Positions 14,866 to 29,178 of a DNA stretch of 64,000 nt are shown piece by piece. Below the pieces are notes generated by a model. It did not search any database, was not told the origin of the DNA, and worked only from the letters and a program-made list of their open reading frames with translations. Position 1 is the stretch's first letter. The number at the start of each line of letters is the position of its first letter. A program made the translations under genes and the position numbers. The stretch comes from Trichoplax sp. H2 (taxonomy: Eukaryota). Location of the stretch: positions 62,001-126,000 of the forward strand of contig NOWV01000185.1 in NCBI GenBank assembly GCA_003344405.1, read 5' to 3'.

Positions 14866-15495
14866 TGTCACAAAACAGCTTTGCAACAAGATAACGTTAT
14901 GTACGATCAATAAGTCAATTCCTTGAACCACGTATCAAGGAACGATTTCTGCACTATCAGAAACACTTTTGCTCTACTAGCAGACTACACAAAGACTTAA
15001 ACGCCTCGTATTTTACGCTAAACACTAAGTTGGAGAATTCTCTTTATTGCACGATATACTGCATTTATATACTATTCCTCAATAGTTCATGAGTCATAGT
15101 TTATACAATTAACCTCAGAATCATTTACTGAATTAGATATTAAGTTTAGCTACTGCTCCCTTAATGCAGACAACAGTAATTACGAATATAGACATGTAAT
15201 GACTAATACAGAATAGTCAGATTACGATATGTCCTATCACGGAACATTTCCATGATAACTTACAATCTAGCATAAGTAAATTACAATCATAATGATTCGA
15301 ACTGTAAGTAGATGATTTGCATTCCCTATTATAACTATTAATTTCAGTATGTATATAAGTGTCACTGTCATAAAAAGTCAGTGCTATATTAAAACACAGT
15401 ATATCCAAATTAGAAGTTAACTAAATAAGGATAGTCTAACAGAATTATCCTAACATAGATATTTCTACTGTAATACAGTATTTAACACTGTAACA
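14866..15495 (-). mobile_element. Solo LTR, family A, copy 1 (630 bp)
   Basis: Termini TGTCACA...TGTAACA; flanks ATCTC/TTCTC (4 of 5 match as a target-site duplication); near-identical to 44374-45006; minus-strand TATATAAA (15071-15064) lies 15 nt before AATAAA (15048-15043). Confidence 0.85.
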
Positions 15496-18400
15496 TTCTC
15501 TTGTTTCTTTTTTGACTGGTTCTTGATCAAGATCAGGTCTTGAATATCCGGTTGCAATGACCGAGTAATAGTCTCCCGCTATTATTGTATAGTTGGCTAT
15601 TAGATACGGCATCAACTAGAGAATCTCAGTCTTATACTACAAACAGTACAAGTGTGCCGTCTCATCCTATTAGTCACCTACTGTACTACTACAACTAACT
15701 GAATTCATTACAGCGGTTTAGCCTGAAAAGCTCAGGTAAAATTTTAAGCGAACTTTTTATTACATGAGACAGATATCTTGGTGTCCAGATCGCCAAATCG
15801 CTTTTTTCTGTCTTTGTAGATGTTAAATAATTTCAATAACCTTTACACAATTTTTCACTTTTCGAATATCTCTTGCCTTTTTAGCTGAGCAGACTTGTAT
15901 CATTTTTTCGAATAATACTCCTTTCTATTTACGGAATCATTTTCTCAGCATTTTTGCAGCCTTACAAAATAAAATTTCTTATTGTTGATCTTTTAGTCTG
16001 TCATAATTACAGATACGCATGTTTGCATAAACACTAATAGCCGTCAAATACCATTGAAATTGTTATGCGGGTCTTTGATATTTAAATTAAAATTTTGGCT
16101 TTCCATTACGATATTTACCGAAGCATCGAAAGTTTTTTCTGATTGTTTTAATTTCGATATTACTGGAGCTTTCATCTGCTTTTCTTGCAGCCAATACAAA
16201 ACGATCAGAAGCTGTTAACTGCTTCGCTTTCCTGCAAATATAATAGCGCACCCAACTTCTTTACCATGTGGTGTTTTAATAGAAATAACTTCATTTTCGC
16301 AGTTGGCTAATTATTGGTAGTATTATCCTCAGGAAGATTAATCAGTGTATGTAAAACTCCCATAAGCGAACTAAAATGAGAAAATATTTGAATAACATTC
16401 CCAGTTTTGATACATACGCATTTAATAGCGTCTTAAAGTTGAACCAGTGAACGTAGGATTGCCTACATTAGCAGTGATGGATAATTTTGCTGCAAAGTAA
16501 CTTTTACGATGTTATTACTCCCTCCAAGAAGGCTATTAAAAAGTGGGGATAATGCCAACATCAAAAAGCTCGCTTAATCATTCTGAGTACTGGGGTTTTT
16601 ACAATCCCTTAGGTTCGCAATCGTTTAACTCAAAATCTGAGTTATTAAAATTGAGCAAATCTCTAATGTGACACAAGATCCGGCAAACACCATGTTTAAC
16701 TTTAAAAGTATCCGTTTATTAATAGAACGTTTGACGAGAGAAGAATTTACCTTTCTTCTCTCACAATAACAGTCGAAAAAAACCCCGGATAATCGACTTC
16801 GTCTCTACGATAACAATTCCATATTATCTAACAGTTATATTAAGACATTGCACAACAACATCACCTTATATAGGCGACTACTGCGGCCTTATACACCCAT
16901 ATCACGAATAGTACAAGTATACTGTTTCATCATCAGCAATCATGAAATTACTTTATAAAATAGTAGTATATTCTGCTTCTTAATGTTACTGTACTTCAAT
17001 TACTGCTGTAATTAGCTGAAACAACTACACGCTCTAAAATTAAAATTACTAGATATTATCTCAGCTACGATTTTGTATACACGCAATATCTGCTAATGCG
17101 CAAAATTTCCTGTATTGCTTAAATTAATTATCAGATCTATCTTTCGTGCATCACATTAATAGCACTTGACGATAAGAATCTTAAAAAACTGAAATTCCTT
17201 GAGAGAGTGGTGAATAACATTATTAAATCCACATGTAATTCACGTATACTGATTACGGTGTAACTAGCTACGACATATCTCTATTTATTGATAACTAAGA
17301 CCACCGATGTAGATTAATATGTACACGTACTTATACATAACGTATATGAAATGTATATTTAACATGCATCTATGAATTAGATAATACCTCTATATATAAC
17401 TAGATCAATCGGTATTATCCATATATAATCAAAGAATCCGATGCTACTTAGCCTATGCAACCGATTCCTATTCCTATTCTAGTAAATGTTCAAGTAATCG
17501 ATAACCTATAGTAAGTGCCTACCATACTCCGATCATAAAAGATTCGTCTGGCATAGAGTGTAGCCATTGAGCTTTTAAACGGTAATTATATCTATCTTAT
17601 GTAGCAGATATTGCACCGAGGCCAATATTTCTCTCTTTTTAATATATTTTATCACTATACAGTAATAATTTACAGATAATTAAAATCCAGACAGCACATC
17701 TTACACCAAATAAGTATATTAGCTACCTGTACTGCTGGTAGTATTGATCATTTTTGCTTATCTATCATCGATATATGTTAAAGCTATCATTATTCTATAA
17801 CTTTGGCTATCGGTTTGACTCTAATTGATATCTTTTGCCATACAATCATGCTACAACTTGAATGGGGTTTTAAAAGTACATATTATATTCATTAATTCTT
17901 TGCTTGTAATAACGAATGGAAATCTGTTAATGATATAATGTTAAACTAACGTCACTTCGGCTTACTTGTAGACTATTCAATTTATTTTTACGCTTAATTT
18001 TACTTTATTTTAATCATTTCATAAAGTATTGCTCCAAATTTTTCTAATTGTTCCAATTATTTCAAGTAAGGCATTAATAATTACTATAGATTGACTAAAA
18101 CTATTTTAACTTTCTCTAAAATGGAATGTATGCCAAAATTAATTTTTACGAATTATAATTCATGTCTAATTTTTCTAAAATGGTAAACACCGAGTGCTCT
18201 TTCTATTTATGACGGTTGTTCAAAAATTAATTTACAGTTTTATGAAATGATCCTGGTAACGGTATCAAATCAGGATATTGATGTCATTTCCGCTGGTACC
18301 ACGCTAATTTCCATGGTTGGTTTTAATATTTTATAGAATTTTTTGACGCAATCACCCTCAAATACCTCATTATTTGGTCTTACTGATATTACTAGGATAT

Positions 18401-19621
18401 CAGTTCCACAGCGATATACTTTGACTTTTAATTCAGTAGCTAGCATACCAAATCTTATCGATTTAGTAGCTAAGCGATATAAAAGCTATTCCGCTAGAAA
18501 TTGTCAAATCTAAAATTTGTCATTAGGACATTACCAGTTTGCTTTATTTCCATTAAATACAATCTATTGTCTATCCTGAAGTATCAGATATCTCTTCAGT
18601 TTTGAAGATTGCTACTGTATTCCTGTACAAACAAACTAATTAAGCCAACACATTTAATAGGAAGTAATTTCTTCTATATGAGCCTTATCGATCCATTTTC
18701 TCTCAAATTGGGTCACTGATGAGGCATTTCCTTAGTATGATTTAATTAAGTATTTGACAGAAAACAATTCTTAATGCTAAAAATAGTATCATCTATCATG
18801 GCCTTATTAACTAGTTGTTTAAGGGAGTATTTTTAATATTGATCACGGTAGTAAATTTCTATGATAAGCTATTGTATAATATTACTTTATAAATGAAGTC
18901 CTACCTATTTGGAAATACTATAGTTTCTTCAATTGGCAAGTTTATATTTGTCAATAATTTGAAGGGTGAGAAAAGATTATGTACCGCTATTTATTTCATC
19001 GATGTAAAAAGCAAGCTTCAATCAGGAATTTCAATAAATATTGTCAATTTAATCATGCTAATTCATAAGTTAAATCGTATATTTTTCTTTAATTTCATGC
19101 AGAAGTGTTATAGAGTAGCGTATTTATGGTTCCAGAAATAAAGGTTATACGATGTCTGCTATAGTTATACATTAAAGTTTTATTGAGACGAAAATTAAGC
19201 TTATGATACTGCATACACAAATTTTGTTATCTACAATATCTTTATCATTTTGGTTTATCTAAAGGTTCTCATATCATTAAATAAGGATACGATAGAAAGA
19301 ATCATGTACGTTAGCCAATAAGAAAATTGCTACTAGCTGTAGTCAGCCAAAAAGCATTACTGTATAAGTTTAAACTTGTATTATAGACCCTTTACAATCA
19401 TGAGCTAAATAATACCACACATCTACGGCTATTTCAAGATCTAAATTAAGAATCGCGTGAAATCCTGTTGTTCCTTCTTTAGGACGAACATAGAAGGATT
19501 TAGATTGTCGTCGGTGAAATTCATATATTCTAAATCAGAAGTTACTTTAAGCAATATATGGAATGTGTTCCATTACACTTTAGTATATTAAAATGAAGAA
19601 ATTCTTTTCGTGTTGATGTAT

Positions 19622-20686
19622 TTAAGCAGTCCTAAATGTTGCAGTAGTATTTGGGGTTCGTGATAGGTAAGCTAGTGGTCTACCAAATTTATTAATAATT
19701 TCATGGCGAATATCCCGGCTAAAGTAGACATATATTAACGGATTTAGCGCTGGATACGAAAAGGCTAATTCGCGTAAGCCATATCTTGATGCCTTTAAAC
19801 AATTTATTAGCAATTGAAGACTCTGTATTCTTATACTAAAAGGTAAAGATCCTAATATTAATGCTACCATAGAGCAAATAATTTGCGGCACTACTAAAGC
19901 AATGAAAGTACCGGTAATTATTATGAAAGGTACTGCCGCTTTAAATCGCCTTGCAATGAGCTGACTTTTTCGATTGTGAACTAGAAGAAATGAAGGGATT
20001 TGATGGTTATTGATCATTTTTAAATGACGTAGAGAAATGAAAAATATATAACCATAGCAAGATATCATGATCAGCAAAGGACCTAAGAAGCAAAATGAAT
20101 AAAAAGCAAGTGTATAAGTTAATTCATCGGTAATTTCGCCACTGGTAGGACACGAATTTTTGGTGCTATTCTGGCCTTGAGTACGAAAAGTAAAAAGAGG
20201 ATAAAATGATCCAACGAGTGCCGTAAGCCATATAATCGTAAGGCAAACGTAGGTATATTTGCGATTTACTACCTTACTATAACTAAATGGTAAAATAATC
20301 GTGATTGTTCTATCTACTGCTATCAGGGCTAAATGCAAGCAAATGCAAGACATTAGGAAATTGCGTAGAGGATTTTTGAGATAACATAAGAAATTGACTT
20401 GGTAAATAACTGTTATAGGATAAGGAAGGCAGAATAATAATGCAAAAAAGATGCCACTGGTTGACATACTACACAATTTTACGTTATGAATTTTCCACAG
20501 TTTTCTGTGTGTTAATATAAGATGGACCAAGGTTCCATTAGTAAGCAAGGCAGTAAAACCAACAATTTCGTAATACATAATTTGAGGCATTTCTCTTATG
20601 ATGGAAGTAGATCGCGAAGGATCGTCTGTAACGGAGTCGTTTTGAACCGATTGATAAGTTGTGCAAGTTGTAAAACTTTCCATCAT
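19622..20686 (-). CDS. Intronless class A GPCR, orphan; 354 aa
   Basis: Seven TM segments; LLTNG, LCYLKNPLRNF, AVDRT, ECL2 Cys, NPLIY, SRDIR helix 8; close paralog of 29421-30485. Confidence 0.93.
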   Translation of the reverse strand: MMESFTTCTTYQSVQNDSVTDDPSRSTSIIREMPQIMYYEIVGFTALLTNGTLVHLILTHRKLWKIHNVKLCSMSTSGIFFALLFCLPYPITVIYQVNFLCYLKNPLRNFLMSCICLHLALIAVDRTITIILPFSYSKVVNRKYTYVCLTIIWLTALVGSFYPLFTFRTQGQNSTKNSCPTSGEITDELTYTLAFYSFCFLGPLLIMISCYGYIFFISLRHLKMINNHQIPSFLLVHNRKSQLIARRFKAAVPFIIITGTFIALVVPQIICSMVALILGSLPFSIRIQSLQLLINCLKASRYGLRELAFSYPALNPLIYVYFSRDIRHEIINKFGRPLAYLSRTPNTTATFRTA

Positions 20687-23521
20687 GAAACGTAAAGAAA
20701 GCGATGATAATGTTTGAAATGCAATGTAAATTAAAAAGAAGCAGAAAGGAACTGAATTGATGCTGTTAGAGAGGTAAATATCACTAATGGATAAAAGCTG
20801 TTCGATCTATTTAAACCTAAGATTGCATTGAACTATTTTCTTCATTTAGCTATTGTGCCGTAGTTACCAATGCAATGTATGCTATCTTTGGTTTAACTAC
20901 TCATTGCTATGGATATTTATATTTTGGGTTTATTATAACTTCAACTTAATTATTTAAATTAAGATTTAATGAGGCTCATTTACATGAATAGTCCGATATT
21001 CTTAACTGCCAGGCAAGATTTTGTAGACTCGGACAATAGTTGAAATAGAAATCTTTCTTATTAAGTACCGCCGTTACCAAATTATTCTGTTATCAATTTT
21101 GGTGTTGTTTGTAATCATTACAACTAACTCTTTAATTTTGGATTATAAATATTACTAATTGCTTACTATAATAATTTTTCAATAAAAATTGGAAGTTGAT
21201 GATGGTGAATTTTTCTATTTAAATAAAAAATTGAATGCTATATTTTAATAATTGTCAAGGAGACCATTGATAGTTTACTTTACGTTGCTATAATTAATAT
21301 TAACTAATAAAGCCTTTCATAGATAATTCTTTATTAATAGAATAATCGTTCATCACTCTCACCTTTAACTGGATGTTTGGTAAGATCCATAGTTACATAT
21401 TATAGCAGAGTTTAGCGTCTCAATAATATTTATATGGCTATTTATGATAGCAGTGATTTTATACCTGACAGTTATAATAGCGAATTTCGATTTAAAGATA
21501 CAGTAGAGTGATTGATACTATTCCATTTTTAGTTCTGATTTATAAAGCGTTGTTGCCGTGATTACGTAACTATTTCAATTATAATCATTAGAACTTATTT
21601 GATTCTGCGAGGATTAGACGAAATTTATTAAATGATGATATTACATTGTCAGCTTTTTTTATGCCACGTCACATTATTCACTTAATAATTTACTTTTATA
21701 CAAAATTAAGGATTTTTAATATGGCAAAGGTGTAAAAAGATTGCATGGTATTAAATCTTTGACTTTTTCATATATGTATGCAGTGTTGTTCTTATATCAT
21801 AACACATACTGTATTGATCTTAAAATTATAATTCCATTTCTCTCCTCCGTCTCGATTTGTACGGTAACACTATACACTATAACCTAAATAACTCGCTATT
21901 GGATCGCTTAAATTTAATTTTCAAAAATTTTAATGTCCTAGAGGTCATAGTTCAATATCTTATTGCCCATGGCTAATGTTTATAAATAAGTTATGTGCTT
22001 AACATTGAGTAAAAAGATAATTATTAACAGCAAAATTGCATACTGTACGGTATTGTAAATATGGACCAATAAGATAATCTCTATCACAATTTCCACTTGC
22101 CATTCTGCAAGTACTTTGCTACATGCCGGTAAGATAGGTTGCAGTATCTTAGTGGCTTGTCGTAAAGAGTTATTAAAGTTGAGATTCCCCAAAATTAATA
22201 GCTTTATGTTTGCTGTAAAGGATTTGTAGAAACAGATTAAAGTATCAGTAATCCCTACAAGAATACTGTTGACAAAGAAAGTTACGCGCTTTATCATCTA
22301 GAGAAGTAGGCTGTAAAAAAATCACGATTCTAGTGATCATTAAGTATAAACTAACAAATATTAGAGGTTAGGCAACAGTATATAGTTCATAATGCATTGC
22401 ATTATTATATTTTTCCAATAAATGTTATTTACCACGCTAAATCAGGTCACGTATTTATTATTATTACGATGATGAAATATATTGATGGTCGCTGAACGTG
22501 AAGACATGAATTACTACAGAAGCGCCATGTAGAAAATTCAATAGGCTATAGCGGTACTGGATTCATGACGCTAACATTTGATAAATTTGTTTTATGAGCA
22601 AATCGGTAGTATCAACAAAAACTATATTTATCATACGATTGGTTTATATTAGCAGTAGTCCTTAATATTAGCGTGTTTGGCTATTTGTAGTTGCTATTCT
22701 ATTAAATAAATAAACTTTTAAAAGCGTGCTTTTTTACATATTGTTATGCTATGTAGCAAAAGAATTATAGAATATATTACAACGTGATATATTTTGAATT
22801 CAAAGTCCATCATTAGGCTACATAATTATTGGTTATTCTAATTATTATAATCCTGCTATGAAGTATAAGGCTGCATAATATAATACCTATAAGATTTGGG
22901 GGTTGATAGTTAAGGGCAATGATCTGTAAGTTAAAATGGGTAGGAATTAATTGAATCTTGCGAAATTTTGTTTCAATAATCTTGATATCCCGAAATACTA
23001 GGGTAAGACGACGTGGAGACGTAACATGGATAAGAAAAAAGGTATTATATCTATAGTTTAAAATTGATTCTTCCAATGATAGAAATTTGATCATTAACCG
23101 TATCGGTTAACATCATACCAAATATAAGTAGCATTAAGTTATTTATCGATGTGATCGGATAGGATTAAGACTATAGAATAATGAGCAGTGACGGTAGTGA
23201 TGCAATACTTACCCCCAGCAGCGTTCTAGATCGATCCCAATCTTCTCTCCATCAAAAACCTCCGACTTTTATACCTTTGGCGGCGGATTATACCGTAGAG
23301 TGTCTGTAAAATCTACAGTAATCCTTCCTAATACTTGGAAGTCCCAACCATAGAAATTCTTTCCTACGATCCTAACATAGCTATTCTGTGTCATAGGTAC
23401 TGCACTAATCTTATCACTTTCGAAATGTTATTACAAGCAGTGGTATAAGTCTGATTGTACATATTGGATATAATTGTCTATCCAAACAGTTATTATAAGT
23501 AAAGACGTTATTGCTCATGCT

Positions 23522-23553
23522 CCCTTAGTAAAGCGAAGGGTTGTATGACTAGT
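23522..23553 (+). mobile_element. Helitron-type 3' terminus
   Basis: CCCTT-agtaaagcg-AAGGG stem (23522-23540), 8-nt spacer, CTAG (23549-23552) then T; the loop resembles the one at 2196-2213. Confidence 0.4.
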
Positions 23554-24847
23554 ATAATTATAAAGTCTAATTTTCATACGAGTACGTCTACTAGAAATAT
23601 GGCTTAATTTGATACTACCATATCAGGATACCTTATCCTTATGAATTAATAACTACTCAATTACTTTTTAAAACAATTACATTTTGAAGCTATTACATAA
23701 CAGTGATATCATGCGGCGTGCAGAAGTTTAATATTAACTATAGATGGATATTTTACCCAAGTTTATGAATAGCTTAATGTATAGAAAGTGTGCTAATGTT
23801 GTCCCTCTTCTAGTTGAGCAGTTACATACTAAGGAAAGTAATAATTATAATCAATGCATCATCAAATTTAGGTTTTCAATACCTTGAAATCTATTGCACA
23901 GTATGTCATAAAATCATGACAGTATATTACTCAAAAGCTGTACTTTATACACGTATAATTTTCATCTACGGTCTTTACGTAAATAGTCCATACAGCACAA
24001 GGGCACCGTTTCATCATGCTAGCTATAATCTGTAATTATCTTAGTAAGATATTAACCGACTAATCAACGCCACCTTGTGTTTTAATTTATACATTACAAT
24101 TGAAAAGGAAATAATCTCGTGATTATACTTTCTAACTATATAACTACGGTAATTAGCTGAAGTCTATTAAAATCATACAAACTTTATTGCAGTACTTGTA
24201 TAGTCTCATATTAAAGAACCATTCATGAAAGTAAGTTTATAATGTTATCATGAGTTGTGTCTGCCCATTAATATTATGATTCTTTGTAAGTAGATACTAC
24301 TGTCATAAAACTTTTGCGGAGTTTAATAGTAACTTCTAGAGCTTAACTAAAATAGTATGGCAATTATGATGTTATATTCTGCATCCAAGTTGTTACTGTC
24401 TGCCACCATCAGATTCAATACTTTATTCTGAATCACTAGTAATTTAATTCAATTGGCCTACTCTTTATTTGCTAAAGAACAGAATGTCTAATTCCATCGC
24501 ATGGATATTTTTTTACACATGACTTAACAACTAGTACAATCTATTGAAACTCCTTTGTTAAATATTTCTATGGAACATTGTTAACTTTCAAATACTTGAC
24601 AGCAAAAAAATCTATTTAGTAGCCAGTAAAAATGTAGAGCAACGGTATTGACAGTTCGAAGTCCAGGAAGTTTTATTTTGCTATCCATATTGATTGGTTA
24701 TTGTTCTACCACAATGCTTACAACTTCACGTTGCAATGCCGCTATAAATACCTTTGGATGATTCATTACTATAATGCAGAGTTTGGTATTAGATGATCTC
24801 AATCCCTGATGACTTGTTTTTATGCAATTATACGATTTGGGCAAAAT

Positions 24848-24994
24848 ATTTTCGTCTTACTAATCGCTATTTGGACGAGCAAAGTTTATCAGGAGTCAAT
24901 TCAGTGGAGTAAAATCACAAGGCTTATTGAGTAAACATTTTCGTTTACTAATGGCCATTTTGGTGAGCAAGAACTAACAGGAATCAATTCAGTA
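24848..24994. repeat. Short diverged direct repeat, 2 copies, ~89 bp apart
   Basis: ATTTTCGT(C)TTACTAAT...GAGCAA...CAGGARTCAATTCAGT occurs at ~24848 and ~24937. Confidence 0.75.
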
Positions 24995-25229
24995 AAGAAG
25001 TTGATTTATTGAGAATTCCTAACATTAGAGAAATTTAAAAATCTGCATAATGAAAAGAAAATATTAAGATTGCCTATAGTCCTTTCATATGAATTAAATT
25101 TATAAGGTAATGGCAAGACGTGGTATTTCCTTTTAATCTTTCAATTTTTTCCACAATACCGTGAACAATATCGTCATTTATTGTCATTAAAACCTATTTG
25201 GCTTTTGAAATAACAAAACTGCTAAGGTT

Positions 25230-26461
25230 ATTCTTAAGTCTATATTCCAATTTCCATTCAAAGCATTGAAATCGTCTTTATTCTTACAACCGTTAACCAA
25301 TAAAGTAGGATATTGAAACAACGTCATCTTTAAAATAGCTATCTCAAAATAATTAAATTGGAGAATGTAATTTCCTTTTAAGTAACATATAGCTTAATTC
25401 GAGTAAATTTATAAAGACTGCTTTTACAAGTACAAATCTTGCATCATTATCACTGAGGTGTTTTTCATAGAATTGAAGTTTGATTGAATTATGTATTCAT
25501 TGAATTAGAATTGTATTGGTCCGCGACTGGTATAATTGTAAGGCATCACAAAGTAATTGCTATTTCACGATGATATATAACAAGATAGACGCTTAGATAC
25601 CAATATCCACGTGTGCTTCTATTCTAAAANNNNNNNNNNNNNNNNNNNNGTGTTAATCTCTAAAAATTGAGCTGTATATGGACGAAGGTTAAGCGTCTTA
25701 ACACCTGATAGCTTGTAGCTATCTAAGTCTGAGAATATCGACATGTATATTTAGTAATGGTATTATACTAATTAATGTAACTTGTAAAGCATGAATTCTC
25801 ACTCGTTAATATTGGAATTCACTGTAGAAACCTATTTAAGCGCGTGTGTTTGTAGAATAAAGTAAGTAATTGCTCAAGAAATGGCAAGACTCATATCGTG
25901 AAGAATAGTGTAATAATTAGTCAGTTGTCTGTGGAGATCAGCCGAGAAATCGAGTTCTCAAATACTTCTCTCATAGAAACTGAAAGTACTGGGAGAAATA
26001 GCCCAAGTTTTAAGTAACTACACTAGAGTTCTTTACTTTCCTTAGCCACAAGTGAGGGTTGTGACAATTCTTAAGTCTATATTCCAATTTCCATTCAAAG
26101 CATTGAAATCGTCTTTATTCTTACAACCGTTAACCAGTAAAGTAGGATATTGAAACAACGTCATCTTTAAAATAACTATCTCAAAATAATTGGAGAATTT
26201 AATTTCCTTTTAAGTAACGTATAGCTTAATTCGAGTAAATTTATAAAGACTGCTTTTACAAGTACAAATCTTGCATCATTATCACTGAGGTGTTTTTCAT
26301 AGAATTGAAGTTTGATTGTATTATGTATTCATTGAATTAGAATTGTATTGGTCCGCGACTGGTATAATTGTAAGGGATCACAAAGTAATTGCTATTTAAC
26401 GATGATATATAACAAGATAGACGCTTAGATACCAATATCCACGTGTGCTTCTATTCTAAAA
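25230..26461. repeat. Near-identical ~400-bp duplication around the N gap (25230-25629 vs 26067-26461); probably two alleles
   Basis: The copies differ by a few SNPs and a small indel and flank the gap at 25630-25649. Confidence 0.85.
25650..26066 (+). mobile_element. LTR-like element, family C, 5' end lost in the gap
   Basis: Ends in GTTGTGACA exactly where identity to the empty allele (ATTCTTAAG at 25230) begins; TATTTAAG (25833-25840) lies 15 nt before AATAAA (25856-25861). Confidence 0.65.
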
Positions 26462-28680
26462 ACAACTGGTCTTAAATTGACTTTGTTTAAGCAGATTTGG
26501 GATAATTTATCACAATCTATCAATTCCTTTACCATACTACGTGCTAATTATATGCCATGAAATGAATTACTACTTCCTAATTCTTAAAATCGATATGTTG
26601 TTGAGCCGAAACGAATGGATAATGTATATATATATATTGCTATAAGAGTTCTAGCTCAGGCAAGTAAACATCATCATCTGCTACGGTACTTACTCTACTA
26701 ATTGGATATAAACCTTTCATTATTAAGGCAATAGCAGCAATAAGTCAATAGTAAATGAAAATACAGGACTAATTCAGTGTAATAATTATAATTATTTATT
26801 ATATGTGTAAATGCTGGAGTTTTTGGAGGATATCACATAATCTACCGATATTACGGTTGCATGCTTTCAGCGATTCGAGTTCAACTAATCAGTAACTAAT
26901 GTCCTCTTCTTTTTAAGTTATGAAACGCAAACAATATTTATAATTTCGATTATTTGTTATCTTCAAGTATCTATCTATCTTTAATTTGCATTCAACTCGT
27001 AAACACTCGTTCCTGAACTCATGTTTTATATGAAAACTTTAAATATTAATTACCGCAATTCATCACGGAAATACTTCTTCATATAAGGACAATTTTTTGG
27101 TATGCATTCATCCTTATGTTCAAGAAGTAATGTGTATGATAATAATATAGATATTCTAGTCTAGCACATTACTTTGCTGCAAACTGTTAAAACTATAAAA
27201 TTCTAACGTCAAATTTTGATGTAACTTACCAGGTACATTGCCGCAATATTATAGTACATGTATAGAGTCAAATCGCTACATTGACCATTAATTATGATAA
27301 TTCTCCTTACACCAAGTGCCTTACTACGTCTGAAACAGCTAACATAAAAATCTTCCTTAACTTATTATTGACAAATACGTTCTAATTAAATAGACGGATG
27401 AGTCTAATATACTGTAAATGATTAGTTACGCCATGTGTATTGTTAAAGAAAATCAAAGCGAAGCAAATTTATTTCATGCTAGCTAAAGCAACAATACATA
27501 ATCAACAAGCATAGCAGTATTAATTTGCTGCAACATCTTTCATTATCAAATCTACTAAACATACATTTAAAAAGGAAAATTCGTCATAGCAAAGCAAACA
27601 AAGAGGACAAGTCAATATTGTTCTACATTACATACCGGTATATTGTTGTACTTTAAAGATTAAATAGGAAGTTCTAAGTCTAGACGGTCACGTTGCGATG
27701 ATGAACTACAGATTGCAGATTACAATTACGGGAAAACTACTATATAGAGAGGATTGAAATATTTTGTTTATGTCGTAAAAAGCTTGACAAAAATTAATTA
27801 GATGCACTGTAACTTGCAATAGGAAATTTGTAAATCTGATCATGTTGCGACAATAAACGGCGGATATATCAGAAAAAGTTCAACAGAATGCCAAAATATT
27901 TTATTTATACTAGAAAGAATTCGAGAGAGAGAAAAAATTCTTTATTGTCGATTTTTATTTAATCCAGCAAGATCTTCCTACAGTTATACTTAACAGAATT
28001 GTTACAACGGATATGCAGGCAACAACCAGCCTTTATATGATTATTGCATGAAAATGATGAAAATAATTCTTCACAGATAGGGTCTTTCTGTAACGTTGCA
28101 TTTATCTTTTGTACAATTTTTTATGAGTCAGTTATAGTATCGAGAAACTTTTAGTGTACATTCAGCTCAACAACGAATCATATATAGCAATATAGACAGT
28201 AGACAAACTCTCTATCAATTACCTTATCTTGTCATTAAAGCATACAATCCAGACACAATGTGCAAGTAGTACCTTATCCTAACAAATTTTTAATACAAAT
28301 ATCTATTATGGCATTGATTGCTAATCCTTATTCTATTTCTTAATCATTAAGAAAGATTTAAGCACGAAAGAAAGACTTTTGTGATCAAGAGCTTATGTTT
28401 GCTTAGTCTATTTTTTACATGTTTACATTTTATATCACGGATTGTGCAAGTTTTCTATCATTTGATGATGAATCTTCCATTATTATATACATGACGCTAG
28501 AACGGAAGATTTTTGGTTAGTAATACTGCCATAAGAATAATTTTGCATTTCTATTCTATTTTGAATTAGCAGATTGAAAACTCCATTTTTCACTAATAAC
28601 CGAGCGGATACAGTAAAATAGCTCGGAGTAAATTCGTATCTGTTAACGCCATGAAACCAAGTTGGTACCAGTACATAGCA

Positions 28681-28866
28681 ATAGTATGTCTCTAAAGTTA
28701 AAATTGAAACCTATATTAACTCAATGTAAGCGATAAAGAGCATAATAACTTGAAGCTCTGTTGACCCATTTGCCGACATAGTATGTCTCTAAAGTTAAAA
28801 TTGAAAACCTTACTAACTCAATATAAGCGATAAAGTACAGAATAACCTGAAGATATGCTGATCCAT
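28681..28866. repeat. Tandem duplication, 2 copies, period 97 bp
   Basis: ATAGTATGTCTCTAAAGTTAAAATTGAAA occurs at 28681 and 28778. Confidence 0.9.
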
Positions 28867-29178
28867 ATTACATATGTTGATTGACTTCTACAGATACATG
28901 ATCAGCGCGCTGTTCATTTAATCAAAACAAGGTGTTAATAATTTTATCATTTTTTTATCATAGTAATGTCATTCTCCTTGAACTCACTATGGTACTTTAA
29001 GGAAAAATACTGATTTGAGTTAAATTTGAAATGTTTATTCGTTTTCATAACCGAATGCTTTCGATCATGTTCATGGTTACTAGAGGATTGTGCATTAGTA
29101 AGTTTAATATCGAATTGTACCAGTACTGAAATGATCATGTTCATATTATGGATCCATGACGAAATGCTTTCGCTTTCG

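Noticed and set aside
14783-15693. Outer LTR (TGTAGTA...TACTACA) enclosing solo LTR A
   Set aside because: The flanks (TATAC/ACTAA) give no target-site duplication; evidence is insufficient.
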